A stretch of 4,239 bases of DNA from IMG/VR virus record IMGVR_UViG_648276671_000009, positions 1-4,239 of that record. One strand, given 5' to 3'. The notes beneath the pieces were generated by a model that saw only the letters and a program-made list of their open reading frames with translations, did no database searches and was not told the origin of the DNA. Positions 1-4,239 of the stretch are shown here, in pieces. A program made the translations under genes and the position numbers. Position 1 is the stretch's first letter; the number at the start of each line of letters is the position of its first letter. The stretch is from a virus. Lineage: Duplodnaviria > Heunggongvirae > Uroviricota > Caudoviricetes.

Positions 1-246
1 CCGAGAGTATACTGGAAGAACATGGACTGGATAGTCGCCCATAAAGGACAACTGGTGGAGCGGTTGATGCGGCTTAAAAAATTTCCCCGAACGCTTTACG
101 ATCGTAAAAAGTTGAATATCCTGTTAAGAGTGGTTACTACGCCACACAGCTTAAACCCGCCGATGAGCGGGTTTTTTATGCCCGAAAAGTGGCACAGGGC
201 GTTAAACGCGCTGGTGGTTGCGAATGCAGGCCTCTCAGTTTGCTGA
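1..246 (+). CDS. hypothetical protein, 3' portion (5' end outside window); possibly a late-gene regulator (Q-like) by position only
   Basis: Frame 1 is open from position 1 with no in-frame stop until TGA 244-246; the track ORF 22-246 is the internal Met. Followed by an AT-rich spacer, a promoter-like element and the tRNA array, as downstream of Q in lambdoid phages. No diagnostic motif recognised, so the product is a guess. Confidence 0.45.
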   Translation, partial: PRVYWKNMDWIVAHKGQLVERLMRLKKFPRTLYDRKKLNILLRVVTTPHSLNPPMSGFFMPEKWHRALNALVVANAGLSVC

Positions 247-376
247 TTTTTTAGACAAGATTTATTTAGCCAGGCGTATCCAAAATAAAAATAATCGTTA
301 TATATGAGAATTTTTTCTTATTTTTAGAAACAAGAAAAATATATGCGGATATTTACGATTGCTGACGTTATCTTTA

Positions 377-405
377 TTGAGCTCGTTCGAGGGGATTCGT
401 ATTAT
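377..405 (+). promoter_or_regulatory. candidate sigma70 promoter for the tRNA array (possible late promoter pR' analogue)
   Basis: TTGAGC (377-382), 17-nt spacer, TATTAT (400-405); predicted start near 412, about 25 nt upstream of the first tRNA. A -10-like AATGAT lies at 421-426 in the initial transcribed region. Confidence 0.35.
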
Positions 406-436
406 ACGCCGCGCCAGCGCAATGATGCGACGGGCA

Positions 437-513
437 GGCCCTTTAGCTCAGTTGGTCAGAGCGAGCGACTCATAATCGCCAGGTCGCTGGTTCAAATCCA
501 GCAAGGGCCACCA
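437..513 (+). tRNA. tRNA-Ile2 type, anticodon CAU (lysidine type; automated tools often call it tRNA-Met)
   Basis: 77 nt with cloverleaf: acceptor GGCCCTT/AAGGGCC, D-arm GCTC..GAGC, anticodon loop CTCATAA (CAT at 471-473), T-loop TTCAAAT, encoded CCA. Close to my recollection of E. coli ileX. Confidence 0.85.
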
Positions 514-514
514 A

Positions 515-587
515 CCGCCACTAGCTCATCGGGAAGAGCGGCAACTAAATGTTGTAGTACGAGGTTCGAGGCCCCGGTGGCGGTCCA
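515..587 (+). tRNA. tRNA-like element with aberrant anticodon arm (pseudo-tRNA or non-canonical tRNA)
   Basis: 73 nt: perfect 7-bp acceptor stem CCGCCAC/GTGGCGG, D-arm GCTC/GAGC, T-arm with GTTCGAGG, encoded CCA. The anticodon arm GCAAC-TAAAT-GTTGT has only a 5-nt loop, so no canonical anticodon can be assigned. Confidence 0.5.
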
Positions 588-589
588 GT

Positions 590-665
<76 letters not shown>

Positions 666-668
666 TAT

Positions 669-743
<75 letters not shown>

Positions 744-1108
744 GCATTTGAAACAAGCCTTATTGTATTGTGGCACTGGCGTATTTTTTTATTACGTGTG
801 AGCAGGTTGTATTGAAAAAGCATTCTGTTCTCTGGCTATGATTTGAGGCCGGGTGTAGCCTCAGTGCTGATTTTTTTACGGCAGCAGAATGGTGCATTAT
901 CGGTGGAGATTTTGTATTTCCTGGCAGGGGCGGTGATGCATCATTCTGGTGTTGTAAAAGCACCGCAGAGGCGTTCCTCAGTGCGAGGGTGGTTTAAAGA
1001 GTCGGTTTAGCGGGAAACCACAGTATCCATACAGAACGGAATACTTCGGGAGGCACCCGACGCCTCGATTCTATTACAATTAAAAATTCATCCTTTGCAT
1101 TGACCAAC

Positions 1109-1132
1109 CGCCTCCACCAGGCGATTTTTTTA
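1109..1132 (+). terminator. putative rho-independent terminator
   Basis: Stem CGCCT (1109-1113) / AGGCG (1119-1123), loop CCACC, then A plus T7 (1125-1131). Confidence 0.45.
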
Positions 1133-1223
1133 TTCTGAATTCAGTTTCTCCAGGCTCGCTACGGCGGGCCTTTTTCATATCCGCGCCACGCCCGGCGCAC
1201 ATCAAAAACCACAGAGCCTTTCA

Positions 1224-1293
1224 GGGGTGAGCTTACGGGATGGTCAGTGTGACTTTCTCTGTGGGCTGGTCACCCCCGGGCGCAGGCTCACCC
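1224..1293 (+). promoter_or_regulatory. repeat-rich leader upstream of the TerB-like gene (candidate operator or RNA structure)
   Basis: Inverted repeat GGGTGAGC (1225-1232) / GCTCACCC (1286-1293); direct repeat GGGATGGTCAG (1237-1247) / GGGCTGGTCAC (1263-1273); short complementary pair GTGAC (1249-1253) / GTCAC (1269-1273). The RBS AGGA 1301-1304 lies just downstream. Confidence 0.3.
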
Positions 1294-1312
1294 ACTAAAA
1301 GGAAAAGTCACG

Positions 1313-1738
1313 ATGTTTGGTATTTTCAAAAAGAAAGCACGTAAAACTTTCACCGAAGTTAAGAAGTTTGAGAACCGCGACGCAGTGGAGGCGACCGTCT
1401 GGGGCGCGTATTCCATTGCATTTGCCGACGGCACCTGCGATGCGAAAGAAATCGCGGTACTGGAGAAAACCATTGCAGCACTTCCTGCTTTTGCGCCGTT
1501 CTCCGGTGAGATTGCACAAATGAGTGCAAATATCCGCGCCCGTTATGAAGCGTCGCCGCGTTCAGCCAATGCCGAAGCCCTCCGTCAGCTGGCTGATGTC
1601 GCCGGTACTGATGACGCGGTGAATGTGCTGTGCCTGTGTCTGGATATTGCAGACCAGGATGGCATTGGTCCGGATGAAGAAGTGCAACTCAAGAAAATTG
1701 CTCAGGCGCTGCAGTTACCACTGGAGCAGTACCTGTGA
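1313..1738 (+). CDS. TerB-like domain protein (tellurite-resistance TerB fold), 141 aa
   Basis: ATG 1313 preceded by AAAAGGAAAAG RBS. Two copies of the TerB-type helix-pair motif: IAFADGTCDAKEIAVLEKTIAAL and LCLDIADQDGIGPDEEVQLKKIAQAL. Typical E. coli codon usage; overlapping ORFs in other frames look like junk. Confidence 0.7.
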   Translation: MFGIFKKKARKTFTEVKKFENRDAVEATVWGAYSIAFADGTCDAKEIAVLEKTIAALPAFAPFSGEIAQMSANIRARYEASPRSANAEALRQLADVAGTDDAVNVLCLCLDIADQDGIGPDEEVQLKKIAQALQLPLEQYL

Positions 1739-1887
1739 AAAGTGCGCGCCTTGTGCTGGCTGCCATCCTGCTGTTTCTGGTAGTGGCGGTGGATTTCACC
1801 GGACGGCTGATGTCGGTGCTGGCAGATGGTGTGCTGGTGGCGGTGGTGCTGGTCGTGATCCGGCCTTTACTGCGCAAGCCTGAATAA
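1735..1887 (+). CDS. small hydrophobic two-helix membrane peptide (50 aa), translationally coupled to the TerB-like gene
   Basis: GTG 1735-1737 overlaps the upstream stop TGA 1736-1738 (GTGA); GGAG at 1722-1725. Translation VKSARLVLAAILLFLVVAVDFTGRLMSVLADGVLVAVVLVVIRPLLRKPE, stop TAA 1885-1887. Below the track's length cut-off. An alternative ATG start at 1810 would give a 25-aa product. Confidence 0.45.
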   Translation: MKSARLVLAAILLFLVVAVDFTGRLMSVLADGVLVAVVLVVIRPLLRKPE

Positions 1888-1896
1888 CACCACACA

Positions 1897-1919
1897 AAAG
1901 GCATCTGCGGGTGCCTTTT
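1897..1919 (+). terminator. putative terminator hairpin (first of a tandem pair)
   Basis: 9-bp stem AAAGGCATC / GGTGCCTTT with tetraloop TGCG, ending in TTTT. Confidence 0.45.
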
Positions 1920-1938
1920 ACGGGGTGTTGTTTTTTAC

Positions 1939-1960
1939 GGGCCGCTGGTGGCCCTTTTTT
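1939..1960 (+). terminator. rho-independent terminator
   Basis: Stem GGGCC (1939-1943) / GGCCC (1950-1954), loop GCTGGT, followed by T6 (1955-1960). Confidence 0.7.
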
Positions 1961-1978
1961 ATTTACAGGAGAAAAAGT

Positions 1979-2373
1979 ATGTCTGAACCCTTGTCCGGCT
2001 CCGGTACGGCTGCGGCGCTCGGTGGGGCGACGGTATTCGGGCTGTTTACCGGGACGGATTTCGGGATTGTGTTTGGCGCGTTCGCCGGGGCGTTATTTGT
2101 GGCAACGATCCACAGGCAATTTCAGCCTGGCGGGTGGCAGCGCATTTTCTGGTGTCGTTCATTATCGGCGTGCTGGGCGCAGAGGTGCTGGCATCCTTGC
2201 TGGTAAAGCATACGGAGTTTGACGGTGCGCCTGTCGACGCATTGTGTGCCGTGCTGGTTTCGGTGGTGTCGGTGAAGATTCTGTCGTTCATCCACCAGCA
2301 GGATATCGCATCACTGGTGTCCGGCCTGTTCTCCCGTCTGCGTGGCGGAGGAGGTGGCGGCAATGTTAAGTAA
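1979..2373 (+). pseudogene. class I-like holin (3 TM) interrupted by a 1-nt frameshift in a G-run near 2129-2136; intact gene would encode about 131 aa
   Basis: ATG 1979 with AGGAG RBS. Frame 2 gives MSEPLSGSGTAAALGGATVFGLFTGTDFGIVFGAFAGALFVATIHRQ and then W/C/R-rich nonsense. Frame 1 from about 2134 gives two clean helices (AAHFLVSFIIGVLGAEVLASLLV, ALCAVLVSVVSVKILSFI) and a tail ending RGGGGGGNVK, stop TAA 2371-2373. The span is 395 nt, which is 396 (132 codons) with one added base; the junction is ggcgggtgg. Confidence 0.6.
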
Positions 2374-2638
2374 CCTTCCCGGATTGCTGAATGTGGCGGT
2401 ATGCACGGTTATCGTGCTGACGCTCTTTTTTTATCGTCGTCGTGACTCCAGACATAAACCGCTGATGTCATGGCTGGCCTGGCTGCTGATGCTGCTGTAT
2501 GCCTTTGCACCCCTCAGCTATCTGTGTGGTCGCCCGTTAGCAACGGGCTGGCTGGAAGTGTTTTTTAATCTGCTGTTCTGCGTGCTGGTGATACGTGCAC
2601 GCGGGAACGTCGCAAGAATCTTTCCATTGTTGAGGTGA
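2363..2638 (+). CDS. holin-like / antiholin-like membrane protein (3 predicted TM), 91 aa
   Basis: ATG 2363 preceded by GGAGGAGG; overlaps the upstream stop by 11 nt. Hydrophobic segments LLNVAVCTVIVLTLFFY, LMSWLAWLLMLLYAFAPLSYL and WLEVFFNLLFCVLVI, with a basic C-terminus. Stop TGA 2636-2638 sits 2 nt before the endolysin start. Confidence 0.7.
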   Translation: MLSNLPGLLNVAVCTVIVLTLFFYRRRDSRHKPLMSWLAWLLMLLYAFAPLSYLCGRPLATGWLEVFFNLLFCVLVIRARGNVARIFPLLR

Positions 2639-2640
2639 AT

Positions 2641-3018
2641 ATGTCGGGTAAATTCAGATTCAGCCGTCGTAGTGAAAAAAATCTGGAGGGCGTCAAACCA
2701 CAGCTGGTTGCTGTCGTTCGCCGTGCGCTGGAACTGTCGGAGGTTGATTTCGGTATTACGGAAGGCCTGCGCACGAAAGAACGCCAGAAGCAGCTGGTCG
2801 CGGAAGGGAAAAGCCAGACCATGAACAGCCGCCACCTGACCGGTGATGCGGTGGATGTTGTTGCCTGGGTTGGCAGTCAGGTGTCATGGGACTGGCCTCT
2901 GTACGAGAAAATCGCGCAGGCATTTAAGCAGGCTGCCGCAGAGCTGGGAACTGCCATCGAATGGGGCGGGGACTGGCGGACGCTTAAAGACGGCCCACAT
3001 TTTCAATTGAAGCGATAG
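2641..3018 (+). CDS. endolysin, peptidase M15 family (L-alanyl-D-glutamate endopeptidase, T5 Lys-like), 125 aa
   Basis: ATG 2641 with GAGGTG RBS. Zn-peptidase motifs SRHLTGDAVDV, WGGDW and DGPHFQL (His/Asp/His ligands). Lies immediately after two holin-like genes. Confidence 0.9.
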   Translation: MSGKFRFSRRSEKNLEGVKPQLVAVVRRALELSEVDFGITEGLRTKERQKQLVAEGKSQTMNSRHLTGDAVDVVAWVGSQVSWDWPLYEKIAQAFKQAAAELGTAIEWGGDWRTLKDGPHFQLKR

Positions 3019-3035
3019 CCTGCAAAACATACAGG

Positions 3036-3058
3036 GCCGCCATGAGCGGCTTTTTTAT
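3036..3058 (+). terminator. rho-independent terminator after the endolysin
   Basis: Stem GCCGC (3036-3040) / GCGGC (3046-3050), loop CATGA, then TTTTTTATT. Confidence 0.65.
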
Positions 3059-3088
3059 TGCTCAAAAAAAGAAAGAACGGAGGTACGT

Positions 3089-3370
3089 ATGTACGCACTG
3101 AAAAAAATCACGGTAACGGAAGATGGGCGTCAGGTTGAAGAAGTGCATGTTCTGGGGAATATGTATCGCCTGGAATTTTACCCGCGCAACACTCACCTTG
3201 CTGCCCGGGTGGAGTATTGCCGGGATGGAAATGTGCCATGCATTTCGGTGGAAAAAACGGATGAAGCCTACATCACCACGCTGGCGGGTGACACGGTGCG
3301 TTGTATCTGTCGCGGTAACAGTAAAGCCCGGGATGAAATAGCAAAATGTCGCAACACTACTGATAAATAA
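3089..3370 (+). CDS. hypothetical Cys-rich soluble protein, 93 aa
   Basis: ATG 3089 with GGAGG at 3079-3083 (5-nt spacing). Five Cys (44, 51, 72, 74, 87) including a C-x-C; no TM segment or signal peptide. Not recognised as Rz. Confidence 0.7.
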   Translation: MYALKKITVTEDGRQVEEVHVLGNMYRLEFYPRNTHLAARVEYCRDGNVPCISVEKTDEAYITTLAGDTVRCICRGNSKARDEIAKCRNTTDK

Positions 3371-3376
3371 AAAGTC

Positions 3377-3409
3377 AAAACCCCGGCTGGGGGAACAGTC
3401 CGGGGTTTT
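3377..3409 (+). terminator. strong, probably bidirectional, terminator
   Basis: Perfect 10-bp stem AAAACCCCGG (3377-3386) / CCGGGGTTTT (3400-3409) with a 13-nt loop; U-rich 3' arm on the + strand and a T-run also follows on the - strand. Confidence 0.7.
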
Positions 3410-3443
3410 GTGTATTCTGACCTTGAGTAAGGCAAGGAAGAAC

Positions 3444-3626
3444 ATGGAGAAGTATAAACGAATTCTGTTGAGGTTGACTATGAAAAACGGCCTTGAATTG
3501 AAAGCGCCTGTAACTGATGACATCAGCAGAGCGGTGGCTTTTGCTATTAAGTGGGTGGCGGTTGGCATCGCCGTGTCTCCGATGCTGTATGGGCTGGCAA
3601 AATTGATTGTTGCTCTGAAATCGTGA
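3444..3626 (+). CDS. small membrane protein with C-terminal TM helix, 60 aa (alternative start ATG 3480 gives 48 aa)
   Basis: ATG 3444 after AAGGAAG; the alternative ATG 3480 follows GAGG with 6-nt spacing. Hydrophobic C-terminus AVAFAIKWVAVGIAVSPMLYGLAKLIVAL. Stop TGA 3624-3626 is 8 nt before the next start. Confidence 0.5.
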   Translation: MEKYKRILLRLTMKNGLELKAPVTDDISRAVAFAIKWVAVGIAVSPMLYGLAKLIVALKS

Positions 3627-3634
3627 GTGGTGAT

Positions 3635-3817
3635 ATGACGCGAAAACACTGGACACACAGAATGCCGCGAACGGCGGCGAAATGGGCACTGGTAGCGATA
3701 CTGCTGCCTTTTTTATTGGTGGGGTGCGTCAGCCTGGATAAGGCGCGTCAGGTTATTCACATAGCAGAGCAGGTCTGCGAAATTGTCGACAGTGTCCGGC
3801 AGTGTATGCAGAACTGA
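3635..3817 (+). CDS. small predicted lipoprotein, 60 aa precursor with about 30-aa mature part (alternative start ATG 3662)
   Basis: Signal peptide with positive n-region, hydrophobic core WALVAILLPFL and lipobox LVGC; mature part CVSLDKARQVIHIAEQVCEIVDSVRQCMQN has 3 Cys and is not proline-rich, so unlike Rz1. Confidence 0.6.
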   Translation: MTRKHWTHRMPRTAAKWALVAILLPFLLVGCVSLDKARQVIHIAEQVCEIVDSVRQCMQN

Positions 3818-3829
3818 ACGCCTGTGAGC

Positions 3830-3889
3830 GCAGAATATTTTGCTGAAAAATGTCGGTGATTACGCTGTCCGGAAAGCATGAAATTCTGC
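3830..3889. repeat. imperfect 15-nt inverted repeat separated by about 30 nt (candidate operator or RNA stem-loop)
   Basis: GCAGAATATTTTGCT (3830-3844) pairs with AGCATGAAATTCTGC (3875-3889) at 13 of 15 positions. Confidence 0.4.
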
Positions 3890-3987
3890 ATTTGTGGTCA
3901 TTCAATAAAATAAATTCTTTCTGCTGCTGTAAATACACAAATGTGAACCGAACCCGGTGCGGCGACGGGCTTCGATATGAGGAGACG

Positions 3988-4239
3988 ATGATGGAAAAAA
4001 CAGAAAACAAACCGATTGTAATTGGTGCTGATGCTGCTCCGTTTAAGTTTGAGTTGTCTCAACTGGTGGAGATGCGCATCAGTGATGAATGGGGTGAGGT
4101 TAAAGCCCGCGCGCAGTATGCGGATGGCGAAAACCAGTACTTACTCCACTACAAAGCTGCTGATGGTCGCGCCACGACGGAGTGGTTTGGTGAGTCAATG
4201 CTGGAAGCAACAGAAGATGATGATCATCCGGGCTGGTCC
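3988..4239 (+). CDS. hypothetical acidic protein, N-terminal 84 aa (3' end outside window)
   Basis: ATGATG 3988-3993 preceded by GAGGAG; frame open to the window end. Begins MMEKTENKPIVIGADAAPFKFELSQLVEMRISDEWGEV. Absent from the track because no stop is reached. Not similar to lambda Nu1 as I recall it. Confidence 0.6.
   Translation, partial: MMEKTENKPIVIGADAAPFKFELSQLVEMRISDEWGEVKARAQYADGENQYLLHYKAADGRATTEWFGESMLEATEDDDHPGWS

Noticed and set aside
760-963. 67-aa - strand ORF in the non-coding region
   Set aside because: No RBS, low-complexity random-looking sequence, and it lies antisense in a region of hairpins. Treated as chance ORF.
1288-1523. Three overlapping track ORFs (1288-1473 -, 1295-1519 -, 1317-1523 +)
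   Set aside because: All overlap the TerB-like gene in alternative frames or antisense and give R/K/C-rich junk; the 1313 frame has the RBS and the coherent motifs.
1623-1904. Track ORFs 1623-1883 (+) and 1689-1904 (-)
   Set aside because: Cys/Gly/Arg-rich or Thr/Ser-rich nonsense overlapping the end of the TerB-like gene and the hydrophobic peptide frame; the coupled GTG ORF at 1735 is the coherent frame.
1911-2363. Track ORFs 1911-2222 (+) and 2046-2363 (-, with a PPPPPPP run)
   Set aside because: Alternative-frame and antisense reads of the holin; the poly-Pro is the antisense of the GGGGGG-coding holin tail. The 1925 GTG start is simply an upstream extension through the terminator.
2518-2835. 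Two - strand ORFs (105 and 85 aa) antisense to the holin-like and endolysin genes
   Set aside because: Antisense to genes with strong + strand motifs (M15 Zn-ligand motifs); no RBS; junk composition.
3062-3689. 198-aa - strand ORF 3062-3658, 104-aa - strand ORF 3375-3689, and + ORF 3123-3341
   Set aside because: The long antisense ORF spans two + strand genes and the 10-bp terminator hairpin, which is implausible for a transcript. The + 3123 frame is embedded out of frame in the Cys-rich gene and has no lipobox or TM that would make it an embedded spanin.
3953-3975. cosN-like core GCGGCGAC (resembles lambda cohesive end GGGCGGCGACCT)
   Set aside because: Only the 8-nt core matches, the flanks differ, and it lies about 20 bp before an ORF that is not Nu1-like with no room for cosB. 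Probably coincidental, though the true cos should be sought downstream.
3753-4010. 85-aa - strand ORF across the 3818-3987 intergenic region
   Set aside because: Overlaps the 3' end of the lipoprotein gene and the 5' end of the last ORF on the opposite strand; no RBS; likely chance.

Overview
This window reads as the late-region junction of a lambdoid-type prophage from an enterobacterial host (E. coli-like codon usage), with every supported gene on the + strand. Left to right: the 3' end of an upstream ORF (1-246); an AT-rich spacer with a candidate sigma70 promoter; a tightly packed array of four tRNA-type genes (437-743: tRNA-Ile2 CAU, an aberrant tRNA-like element, tRNA-Thr UGU, tRNA-Gly UCC); about 570 bp of structured non-coding DNA; a terminator-insulated two-gene cassette encoding a TerB-like protein (1313-1738) coupled to a 50-aa hydrophobic peptide (1735-1887); then a lysis cassette of a 3-TM holin interrupted by a 1-nt frameshift (1979-2373), a second holin-like membrane protein (2363-2638) and a peptidase M15 endolysin (2641-3018). 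Downstream are a Cys-rich 93-aa ORF between two terminators, a small membrane protein plus small lipoprotein pair (3444-3817), an imperfect inverted repeat, and the 5' part of an acidic ORF running off the window. No canonical Rz/Rz1 spanin, CRISPR array, IS element or rRNA was seen. The most interesting candidate is the TerB-like plus membrane-peptide cassette, which sits in the cargo slot between the tRNA array and the lysis genes. All product calls are from motif reading by eye; no database search was run.
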